A stretch of DNA of 64,000 nucleotides, from NCBI GenBank assembly GCA_964247055.1, contig OZ176055.1, positions 682,001 to 746,000 on the forward strand, in the 5' to 3' direction. The notes beneath the pieces were generated by a model. That model ran no database searches, was not told the origin of the DNA, and worked only from the letters and a program-made list of their open reading frames with translations. The first letter of the stretch is position 1, and each line of letters opens with the position of its first letter. The stretch comes from Paragordius varius. Taxonomy: Eukaryota; Animalia; Nematomorpha. The position numbers were made by a program, and so were the translations under genes. Below are positions 12,681-23,994 of this stretch, piece after piece.

Positions 12681-13795
12681 ATTTTTTATAAATTTCTATA
12701 ACATCTTCTGATCTATAGTAAATTTATAATATATTATAATAATCGGAATATTTGTGCAAAGTTTAATTTATGATTTTTTATGTTACAAAACGAATTCTAA
12801 ATTTATACATTTTCATATGCATATTGTTTCTTAATAAATATATCATCAAAAAATATTAATTTATTTTTCTTTTATATTTATTGGGGTCGCCAAGAAATTT
12901 GCGATCATAAATGGGGTCGCGACTCACAAAAGTTTAAGAAGCCCTGCTATATATGATGATCTGAGGCCAAACTAAAAATAGAAGATGCGGAATAGAAACA
13001 ATTGAAAAACAGCAAAAAAAATCTCAAATTAGTTACCTTCAACTCTGAAGATACACAGCTTTGATGATTTATATTTTTGCGTTTTCTCCCCATAATTTAA
13101 ATTTTTACTGTATTTTAAGTATAAATATATGCAAATGCGTCTGACAGCTATAGAAATTTTAGCCGTATTATGACCCTGAGACAAGAAAATTTTTTTGGTG
13201 AGTACCACTACCCTATAGCAGTCCTCTTTGATATTTTGCATAGGAAAAAATTAAAGGATTTCATCTTTCAAGTATATCGTTGCGTAGCGTTAATATTGCT
13301 TAATTTACATTCATTTGTGTATACAATCATAATAATATACAGGAAAATAAAATTTTCAGACCTAATAAAAACCTAAAAACTTTTTTCCACTATACATTTG
13401 TTACCTCGATTTTTTTCTTACGAACCATCTTATTCCAAATTTAAATAATAAAATAAATTGTACTTTTCATCTGTCTCAAAACGGTAACTCACATTTAAAA
13501 AAATCGAGTTTTTAAAATATCATTTGGAAAAAATATTTGTCTTTTGTAGTGTTTACATATTGCCTGTATGTTTCAATTCTTGTATAATATATATATTTAT
13601 ATCTAGGAAAAAATATTATTTTAATTTACTAAAAGTTTAAGAAAATAAGAAAATATTATTTAATGTGGTGCAAACTTAAGCGACTGATATATTTTTTTAT
13701 AATGGCTACAATATTTTTTAAAACTGAATCTTTCTATATTTATGTTGGATAAAAAAAATTGGTATGGGCATAATGCTTTATTTTAAAAAATTATA

Positions 13796-14689
13796 TTAAC
13801 ACTTCGATTCAAATTGGGGTATCTAAATACCCCAGACTAAATTTGAGTTAAGAATTTTAAAAAACTACTAAAGGAAACGGTCCCAATTTAAATTTATGCT
13901 TCTATCCTAATAAAAATTATATAAATATATCATTTACAGTTCAAATTTACCCTTAAACAATTCAAATTCACCCTTAAACAATTCAAATTCACCCTCGTAC
14001 AATTCAAATTCACCCTAAAAATAAATTATGTGTTTTCGAACTAATATAACTCATTATTAATATATAATAAATCTTTATGGCATAATTAATTATTTTTTTC
14101 AATATTATTTTAATTTAAAACAAAATTTTATTTTTTAAAAATATATTAAAATATAGGTAATTTTTAATCTTAAAAACATGTTATATATTTGAGGGATTTG
14201 AATTGTTTAAGGGTGAATTTGAACTGTAAATGGTATATGACAAAATATCTAAATAAAATTTTATTTTGAATAAAAAGTTCCATGTCAAACTACTTCGACG
14301 CCATTTTTATTTTATAAAATTTTTGCAAAATATCGTCTTCATTTAGTTTTAAGGTTAAAATTAAAGCAAATTTCTTATTTAAATTACACCTAACATTAAT
14401 AGAAAAAAGTGGTTTATTTTGTATTTTTTTCAATTTTTCAATTGCAGACATGCCACGTTGACTAAATTTTTTACTCTTCGGTTTTAGCTTAAAATAACTA
14501 ATATTAAGTATTTTGAATAAAATTTTTTATATATTTCGGTTTATTTGTGTTATAAAAGTGCAAAATTTTGCCATGGTTTCGATTCCTTCCATATTTTTTA
14601 AAGAATTAAATTTTCCACAAGCATGGGGTATTTAACTACCCCAATTTGAATCGAAGGACTAAAATAAATGTGTTGTATCCAAGTGTTAA
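13796..14689. mobile_element. MITE family B (piggyBac-like, TTAA target), interrupted by family A
   Basis: TTAA|CACTTCGATTCAAATTGGGGTA ... TACCCCAATTTGAATCGAAG-spacer-ATCCAAGTG|TTAA. Confidence 0.85.
13928..14235. mobile_element. MITE family A nested in a family B element
   Basis: TA TSD shown by comparison with empty sites in B copies at ~15200 and ~53850. Confidence 0.9.
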
Positions 14690-15084
14690 ACTATGAAAAA
14701 CAAAGGAATATTTTTATAGAATTTAAATAGTTAGATGTGGGCTCCAGAAGTCCCGATATTTTTTGCCCTTCTAAAATGGGCTGGTTTTTATTGAATAAAG
14801 CAAAAATTTCGATATTTAGCGATAATTTTTTTAATATATGCTAGATTGTGGTATCAAAAAAACATATTAACAAAAAAACGCATATGTTCAAAAACTTAAT
14901 TGTTAAAAAAATAAACCATACTTCATGCTATATTGAGGCATAAAACGGCCAGAGAGCGCTTTAAGATATAAAACATTTATATATAATTTAATAATACTGA
15001 ATATTCTATCAGGAAAAGTATTTTTTTATTATTTGTTCGTCTTATAATTTATAAATATAAATTGTTTTTACAAAAATTCCATGT

Positions 15085-15656
15085 TTAACACTTCGAATCG
15101 AGGTATCTAAATACTCGAAACTAATATTGAGTTAAAATTTTTAAAAAATTACTGGAGGAAACGGTATTAATTTAAATTTATGCTTTTATCCTAATAAAAA
15201 TTATATAAATATGACAAAATATCTAAGTATAATTTTATTTTGAATAAAAAGTTCCATGTCAAACTACTTCGAAGCCATTTTTATTTTATAAAATTTTTGC
15301 CAAATATTGTCTTCATTAAATTTTAAGGTTTAAATTAAAGCTAATTTTTTATTTAAATTACATCTAACAATGATAAAAAATGTGGTTTATCTTGTAATTT
15401 TTTCAATTTTTTAATTGCAGACATGCCACGTTGACTAATTTTTTTTTCTTCGGTTTTAGCTTAAAATAACTAATATTAAGTATTTTGAATAAATTTTTAT
15501 ATATTTCGGTTTATTTGTGTTATAAAAGTGCAAAATTTTGCCATGGTTTCGATTCCTTCTATATTTAGAGAATTTATTTTTAAACAGTCCTGGGGTATTT
15601 ACCTACCCAAATTTTAATCGAAGGACTAAAATGAATATGCTGTATCCAAGTGTTAA
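15085..15656. mobile_element. MITE family B (piggyBac-like)
   Basis: TTAA flanks; colinear with the 13796 copy minus its insert. Confidence 0.85.
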
Positions 15657-15688
15657 AAGCCAACGAACATTAAATTAAAATTCTAAGG

Positions 15689-15964
15689 CAGCTCCCACAC
15701 AAATGTCGGGCGCCGTACATTAACTAAAACGGCGGGCCGCATTCAAAGAAATCATATAGGCATTCATATATATTTAATTTTTTAATTATAAGACTGTAAA
15801 ATGCAAACAAATATAACAATGTTTTCTAGTTTTCCGAATACACAAAATTAAAAAAATGTTGATTTTACTAAGATTTTATAAGCTTTTTTTCATAAATTAT
15901 TGACATCCTGATTTTTTGCGAGCCATAATTAAAGTCTTGAAGGGCCGCATGTTGATATTCCCTT
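15689..15964. mobile_element. Decayed hAT-type MITE
   Basis: 8-bp flanks TTCTAAGG / CTCTAAGG (7/8 match) and GGGCCGCAT subterminal motifs. Confidence 0.6.
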
Positions 15965-16059
15965 CTCTAAGGTGATAATAACAATTAGCATCGTTGAATA
16001 TATATCTTAAAAAATTTTGTATACCGTTACTAATAGCAATATTCAGCATCAACGAGTTA

Positions 16060-16232
16060 CAGTAGCGTATTGAGTAAAAGATTGTTAGTGCAAAATAGAA
16101 TAAAAAATGTTTTTTTTAAAAAAAACAATCCTAGTTGTAAATACACATATGTATAATGTCCCCTTGTTTTTTTAAAAAAAACAATTTTTTATTGTATTAT
16201 AGACTAATATTGTTTTACTCCATACGCTATTG
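16060..16232. mobile_element. MITE family D (TA|CAGTAGCGTAT)
   Basis: TIRs; the reverse-orientation sister copy lies at 28469. Confidence 0.75.
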
Positions 16233-16967
16233 TATATGAAAAAAGTGTATGTCTTAAAGCGTTTTTATATCGTTTACATCGTGTTTCAAAATAATTTGAA
16301 ATATCCTTTAATAAAATTTTGATAAAATATAAATTGTCGAAAAAAAAATGTATTTTTTAAAAAATATTTTTAGTCAGTATCAAAATTCAGCTTATATTTG
16401 AAATTTCTATCATGCAATCCCGGCATTTTTGTGTTTATTTTATAAAATTAGCTCATTTTATAGCAAAATAATTGTGACTTTCGGAACGCACATTTAAAAT
16501 TATTAATTTTCAAGAATATTGTGCCCTTTATAACTAGCGTTCAATATATTTTAGTGTTTTTTGGGCTGAAGCATTTAGCTTTTCCATTGAAAAACCTATA
16601 AAAATATGCCTAATTTTGCCATTTACTAATATGGGGTCGGCGGTTACCAAAAGTTTAAATATCTTTGTCGTATCTGCCAAAACTCAAAGCACCATTATAA
16701 TCTGCATTTTCTCATTAGAATATAAATATATTTATATATGCAGGATAGTTTTTGTAGGCCATGTGTTATCAAAAACCTAATTTTAATTTTTAATAATTAG
16801 TTGATAATTGGGTTTATTTGTGCTTACTACGCTCCTTGATGGAAAGATTTGTTTTCGATACAAATTCAAATTGGATGTTTTCATTTATGGTTCTAATTTT
16901 ATAAAATTTATTTTTTTAGTCAGTTATTTATTATACACCTATGTCTGAATAAATTTTATTGAAATAA

Positions 16968-19900
16968 ATGATTGTTGGTGATTTGAGTGTTGATGATGGA
17001 AGAGAAATACAAAAAAGCTCTGTAATATATACCTTTATATTTTACAGATTGATAATATCAATAATAATAGTTTACTCTGCATTACTAATGAGGATTATTT
17101 ACATGAATTACTGAAAAATCCCAAGGACCGATGTTTGTTGCTTAGGATTGAGGCTGAACTTTTGAGTTTCATGAACATTGAGTAAATTTTATCCCCTCTA
17201 TAATTCACATAATAGGCTTCAAGTTCTGAAGTTTCCGGAAATGACATCTTACAACAGGATGTTAGTCCATAGAGTTGCCGATTATTTCGCATTAGATCAT
17301 AATGTAGATTTAATTGGCAATTCCGTGTTAGTTAGCAAAACGGAACGATCCAAAATTCCTAAGTTGAGTTTGCAAGATAAAATTAATTTGTTTGGTCAAA
17401 CGACTGCAGATGTTTGTGAAATTGGGAAGTTTCAAATCTTGAAGCGTGAACCAGCTATCGTAACACAAACACAGGTATAAATCCCTTTTATGATTGATTT
17501 ATAATCATTTTTCTTCATAAGGAAAACTATATTTTTTTACATTTTTTGGCTTGCAAAATAAGAATTACAAAGATGAATTAATACATTAAATATCCTAATA
17601 AATCAGTTTTTTAAAAAATTTAGTATTCACAATTTATACTATACAGAAAGTAGTGGATAATCAAATCGAAATGACATTGGCTGACAGGGAAAAAGAGTAT
17701 CAATTAGCCAGGGCTCGCATATTTGATGGGTTAGACCAAATGAAATTGTCTGAAAAAATAAGTAGTACAAATCTAAACACAAGGTAAGCTTGTCTTTATA
17801 TTTAACTTTTAGTGAAACCGCCAACATATCAAGTAGCACTTATGAATTTAATACGGTTAGTATAGTTTCTATATTTATCATTTTGATCAATGTAGTACAC
17901 TAAAAATTAGGTCTTAAAAACATGGAGATAAATATATTTAAAAAAAAACAACCGCACTTTTCTAGAGTTTGATTTTCCTATCCAAAATAATAAATTCCAA
18001 ATGAATATATAAGTTATTTATTTCATACTCTGCAATTCATTTAAGTCAAATTGAAAAAAGTACAGAATGGGAAATTTATATTATATTTTGAGTTTTTTCT
18101 GTAAATCTCGATTTTTAATGTATATTTCTATACTACATTAAAGGTTTCCTCAATATTTTCCAATTATTTGGCGACCAATTTGTGTGAATTAACCTCTTTG
18201 AATCAAAATTCAACAAACACGTCAGAACTTGTGACAAACACTAATGTTAATTTGGAACCATTAAATAAAATTACTAATACAGAAAATGGCCAGTTTTCAT
18301 GCAATTTGCAGTCATCAACTAACATTGATAATATTAATTTTATAAGTTCAACAAACTATACTTTAACCGATTTTCCCCCAAATTATTGTACTACCTTAAA
18401 TAATCCTAATTTAATTAATATCAATGTCAGTAAAAATTTGATCGTACAATCAATGCCCAGCAGCACATATAATATGAATTTCAATTTAAACAATAGCACA
18501 GTTTACTCCAATAATTATAATAATGTTTTAAATATTCCGATAAAACATCAAACACTTCCTTTCATATTACCACCATTTCCTCCTATAATTACTTCAACAA
18601 GTATGTTAAAAATTTTAGATTGCATTACAGTAAAAACTGAAATTATACGGACAAAACGTAAAAATATAAAAATAAATATTTTTTTCTTAAAGACAACCAT
18701 ATCTTTTTAAAGCTTGATTTTTCATATATAAATGATTTGTTTATATTAAAATATCTATTTGATTGTGTTACCAATATACATGTCTATATTATACTTCGTT
18801 GTATTAAATAATTAGTTTTATTGAAAAAAAAATCAAGATTTAAAAAGTATATTTGTCTTTTAGTAAAAAATATTTATCTTTATATTTTTACGTTTTGTCC
18901 GTATAATTTCAAGTTTTACTATAATATAAGGTTTTTTATGTTATAAAAACGAATGTTTTTCAATTGATTAAATAATTCTATTTATTAATTTACTCAAAAT
19001 TTTAATTGAAGTAAAAAATTATTATTGAAAGTTTAGTTAGATATATAGGCAGTTAAATTGCAGTTTATATCCTACCAAAGAAATATAATTAGTTTTTTTA
19101 ATCTGTATCAACATTTTTAGCTTACTACTTCAATTTTTGTGGTTAAATTTATACCATGAATTAAAATATTGGTAAATCATGTATTTTGCGATTGTAATTA
19201 AATGTGTTTTTTATAGGATAAATTATGGTTTAAAAAAGTACGCTTGTCTTTTGGAAAAAAATTGTCTTTATATAATTACATTTTGTCCGTATAATTTCAA
19301 TTTTTACTGTATTAAATTATTACATTTTAGCATCTCTAACTACAACATCAACACCATCACAGTTATTGAACAACGCAGTCAATTGTGCACAAATACCTCC
19401 TATATTACCGCCTGTAATGCCTCCTTGTTTACCTATGGCTGCTGCCTTTTCTTATCCTCTCCAAAAAAATACTATTAATATGGGAATGAATTTTATGAAT
19501 AATAATAATAATAATTTTAGCAGTAATGGCATTTTGAAGAGCAACACCAATAATAATATTATAAATTATAGCATGATTATTCCACATCCCCCCACTAACA
19601 ATGCACCAATCTTTGTTTCTAAACCATCATTAACCCTAAGTGCAAATAATCGAATATCATTAAATCATCCGCCTGTGGTATTGCATAATATGCCAACAAA
19701 CACTTATCAGAAGGGTGGGTAGAAGAATATTCATTTAAAATATAATTAAGATTTATATTTTAGTACAAATATACCATTTACAGTTTAAACCCACCCTTGA
19801 ACCATTCAAATTCGTCCTAAAATGAAATTTTGTTTAAAATTTTTATAATATCGAAAAAATTTAGAAACTATGCCATAATTATATAATTTACATTAATGAT

Positions 19901-20309
19901 AAGTTGTATTAGCCCGAAAACACAATTTATTTTTAGGGTGAATTTGAATTGTAAATGGTATAGTATACTTTATTTAGCATTCAATAAAAAAATAGCAAAT
20001 ATCGATAAGAAAAATCCGCTCTCGCGAGACCCAATTTTTTTGAATTGAGATTTAACAAAGAATCTTTTTTTTTCGGGATCATCAATACACTGATTTTAAC
20101 CTTTTGGTGGTAAAAATAGTTTCCCGCAATATCTCTATTATGGTAAACTATGATATTGATATGAATACAACTTTTTTAAAAGTCTCTAAGCCCAAAAACA
20201 AAAGCATTACAAATTAATGGATCCCAGTCAAAGATTTTGAAAAAAGAAGCTATAAAATATATCTGGACTTTTTTGACAAGGTTAAAAAATAATAACTGGT
20301 TTGAGGGCT

Positions 20310-20341
<32 letters not shown>

Positions 20342-21214
20342 ACGGTCGCACAACCAAAAATCTTTTCAGTTCACAAATTAAATACAAATAAGATCTAACA
20401 TAGATTCCCTTTATATATATTTATCTATTATAAATAATTATTCCACACACACACATTTTATTTAGTTTACAACAACAGCACCCTAACTAACAACGCAAAT
20501 TACATCGTCAATCCTGTAGGAGAAGGACAATTACAAAGTCACAATATGCCATTAACACATATAAGAGTACCTCCACCACCCCCCATTCCTCTCATGAACC
20601 ATCTACCAATACCTAATCATTTCCCTGTTCAGAAATTAACCAATAACGATTATTTCATAAAGAACAGCAGTTCTTCTATATCTCAACAACATCAACAGCT
20701 ATTGTATAATCGTCCACCTGTTCCCTTGTTAATAAGTCAAGGTTCGAGAGGGGGGCCTGTTGGTTTACCTTCATTTATTCCATTTCAACCCCATGTATTA
20801 TTAGCTGGTTCAGTTTTACCAAATAGCAATACCAATAATAATATGTTGAATGCTTCAAAACCTTTACCCTTGAACGACCACCTACAACGTCAACCGCGTA
20901 AAAAGACCACCGTTCAAAATAATAAAAGCTTTCAAGCAAACAATGCTTTGCAAAACACAAATAGCAATAGCAAGATTAGTAGTGGCGTTTTAAAGGTTGA
21001 ACATCCACTCACGCATAACATTATAACGATAAAAGTTGATTCAACGAGCAAAAATGGAAATCCTACGAACAATAAGAGCACAGCCATGAATGCAAAGACT
21101 AATCAACAACGACAGCATCATAATAATAATGCCAAGAAAATGGTCAACAATAATAAATCAATGGCTGCTGCTCCTCCTAAGGCGGGCAAAAATCAAAAAC
21201 AAAAAAATACTTAA
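16968..21214 (+). CDS. R3H + SUZ domain RNA-binding protein (R3HDM1/2, ARPP21, encore family) with long Asn/Pro/Gln-rich tail, 8 exons
   Basis: Exons 16968-17021, 17048-17181, 17216-17474, 17647-17783, 17813-17855, 18144-18600, 19331-19714, 20466-21214, phase-consistent. R3H motif LKNPKDRCLLLRIE..FPEMTSYNRMLVHRVADYFALDHNVD; SUZ motif TLADREKEYQLARARIF. Confidence 0.85.
17022..17047 (+). other. 26-nt micro-intron (R3H gene intron 1)
   Basis: GTAATATATACCTTTATATTTTACAG; links ATG 16968 in frame to the R3H N-terminal region. Confidence 0.7.
17182..17215 (+). other. 34-nt short intron (R3H gene intron 2)
   Basis: GT-AG; removal joins the two halves of the R3H region, which lie in different frames. 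Confidence 0.85.
17784..17812 (+). other. 29-nt micro-intron (R3H gene intron 4)
   Basis: GTAAGCTTGTCTTTATATTTAACTTTTAG; needed to reconcile the phase 2 donor with the phase 0 acceptor at 18143 via exon 17813-17855. Confidence 0.7.
18628..18921. mobile_element. MITE family C
   Basis: TA|CAGTAAAA..ATACGGACAAAACGTAAAAATATAAA and inverse; R3H intron 6. A second decayed copy ends at 19309. Confidence 0.8.
19772..19960. mobile_element. MITE family A, internally deleted
   Basis: Both TIRs with TA flanks; R3H last intron. Confidence 0.8.
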
Positions 21215-22022
21215 ACAACATACTTTGTGTTTCCTTTAAGGGTAACATTTTTGATTTTTTGAATCATTCTTTTTATATAATTTTTAGTTTCCGCATATAT
21301 TTACAATTAATAATTAGATATAATTGAATGGGTTACAATATAAATTTCCATTTTGCAACTCCTAAACAATAAGTCTAAAGTAATTTTTTAAAAAAAATGG
21401 CTTTTTTAGTTTTAACACGTTTGTTTGTAAAATGTTAAATTTTACATAATATCTTGTTTGCTAAGATTTAAAATAAGTATTATTTAAAATTGATGGTTAT
21501 TTTTATTTATTAGATTAGATAATTCATGCTATTCAAGATTCTCATGATCAAAATGAAGTTGGAAAGAAAGAAAACTATTGAAAAAAATGCACATTATTTT
21601 AAACATATACAATATATATATATATCTGTAGTTTTTTTTTGGTGTGACTAATTAATTATTTCATATTTTTCATCATTATTATTAACAATTATTGTTTTTT
21701 TGATATAATTTCATCTAAATTTAATTATAATTTGGCAAATATATATAAATTTTATGATTACATGATATAACATTTATTATTTCGGAATAAATATACTTTG
21801 ATTATAGACACATACATGAGTTTATATATATGTGCTTTGATGAATTATATAATTACTTAGATCATTTGTTTTATAATATAATTCCAAAATATTAACCCCC
21901 AATAAATTCAAAATAAAATGCAAACCAATCTAATATATTGTATTGTATGATTTGAGTTTCAATTTCAAAGGCTATAATATCGATAAAATTTTCAAAGCTG
22001 TGTTTAACACACATTTGTAGGT

Positions 22023-22628
22023 ATAATAAAAATTGCAAGAATTATACGGGGACATAACGTAAAAATAAAAAGACAAATAATGTTTTTTAAAAGACAACCT
22101 CATTCTTTTTCAATCTTGATTTTTTTTTTGAATATAACTCATTGTTTTAAACTGCAAATTATGAAATTGATATGTATATTGGTAAAAAAACCAATTATAT
22201 ATATTACAAAAGTAGTTATATAATTTATATGAAAAAAATTATGGTAGTGTAATTAAAAAAAATTTATTTGCCATTATATTTTTACGTTTTGTCCGTATAC
22301 AATTTCACGTTCACATTCACCCTTGAACAATTCAAATTCACCCTCAAATAAAATATATGTTTTTAAGATTTAAAATTACCAATATTTTTATATATTTTTA
22401 AAAAATAAAAATTTTGTTTTAAATTAAAATAATACTGAAAAAATAATAAACGATAACATAAACATATATTTCATATTAATAAAGAGTTATATTAGTTCGA
22501 AAATACATAATTTATTTTTAGGGTGAATTTGGATTGTTCAAAGGTGAATTTGAATTGTTCAAGGGTGAATATGAATTGTTCAAGGGTGAATTTAAACTGT
22601 AAATGGTATACAATTTCACGTTTTACTG
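22023..22628. mobile_element. MITE family C containing a nested family A copy
   Basis: Right TIR is split at CCGTA by the A insertion. Confidence 0.7.
22298..22608. mobile_element. MITE family A nested in a family C element
   Basis: Intact right TIR and core; altered left end. Confidence 0.8.
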
Positions 22629-22645
22629 TATAAAACAAAAAAAAA

Positions 22646-23933
22646 TCATTTCTTGACAAGAATTTTAGCATTTTTTCCATCCTTAGCATAATGATCAGCA
22701 ACCGTATAATTTTCCCATTTCTTGAGCGGATCGTAGGGTTCCCATCGCGACGCCGGGAAAATGTGTTTATTCTTTTCATACCAACTGCGTAGTACAACTT
22801 TTCCAGCATGCGTTTCATCTTTCCCCACGCTGGCGTCGGATCTTATTCTATTCACATTGAAATATTAAAAATTATACCATTTTTTTCGAGCAAACGCAAC
22901 ATTTTTTGAAGCAAAACGAAACTAAAAATGTAACTTTTGACTGAAAAATGTTGCTTTTGGGTGAAAAAAAATGTTGCATTTGCTTGAAATAAAGTTGCGT
23001 TTGGTTGAAAAATGTTGCGTTTGCTTGAAAAAAATGTTGCGTTTGCTTGAAAAAATGTTGCGTTCGCTTATAAAAAAAATGTTGTTTTGAAATTAAAAAT
23101 GTTGCATTTGGGTGAAAAATTTTGCGTTCGGTTGAAAAAATGTAACTTTTGACTGAGAAATGTTGCGTTTGGGTGAAAAAATATGTTGTTTTGAGATTAA
23201 AAATGTTGCGTTTGGGTGAAAAATATTTCGTTCGGTTGAAAAAAATGTTGCGTTCGCTTGAAAAAAAATGTTTCGTTTGAGTGAAAATGGTATATAAGAG
23301 TAAGCATGAAATTTCTACAGAGACAAAACTAAAAGACAAATAATTTTTTGTTAAGAATATAGCTATACTTTTTTAAACCTTAATTTTTGGCGTGCATAAA
23401 CTGCATAATTACAAATTTAAAATGTATATAATTAAGCCTGTAACCTACTTACATCTCTTATTTTGCAACGAAAAACGATGAGTTATATTGAGAAAGATCC
23501 ATAATTTAAAATATGTTCATTTATATTGTCTTCGAGAATGAATATATTATGTTAAAATTTTTTCGGGTTTTCTGTGAAATTAAAGTTTTTCAGTTATTAG
23601 ATTAGCATTTAACCATATTAAAGAATGGTATCTTACATATTTTATAATAAAAAAAGACAAATTTTTGTAAAAGGTAATCTATCAAACATAAAAAAGACAA
23701 ATTTTTGTTTAGTTGAAAAGTCAAAACAAAATATACCGTATATCATCATGAGCGTCAAATGAAAATAGGGGACCACTCTTGCCCCGTGCCTTAGTAAGAA
23801 TGAGATCGTAAAAGGTGTAATGATGTGGTATAATGATATCCTCCTTAACGTACATGAGGGAATCAATCGTGGCTGTTTTGAGTTCCGGAAAAGCGGTTAT
23901 ATCATCACGCTTTAATTGATTCAAACAGCTATT

Positions 23934-23994
<61 letters not shown>

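Larger units (their letters stand above)
11285..12946. mobile_element. hAT (Buster/Charlie-type) DNA transposon, internally deleted and rearranged
   Basis: TIR CAGGGGTTCTTAAACT / AGTTTAAGAAGCCCTG, perfect 8-bp TSD CTATATAT, subterminal GGGGTCGC motifs. Confidence 0.92.
10935..13015 (+). mobile_element. Decayed RTE-clade LINE 3' fragment, split by a hAT insertion at 11285-12946
   Basis: Translates to SAIIRPALNYGTECWPMTK...RAKRLRWAGHI...PFKSWISTIY[hAT]DDLR, the post-RT region of RTE-like LINEs; contains stops. Confidence 0.75.

Noticed and set aside
11222-12711. ORFs 11222-11458 and 12313-12711
   Set aside because: The first is an RTE/hAT-TIR chimera; the second is antisense to the inverted transposase remnant.
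22872-23339. 155-aa Phe/Gln-rich ORF
   Set aside because: Reads through the minisatellite element inside a FAM50 intron; no splice or homology support.
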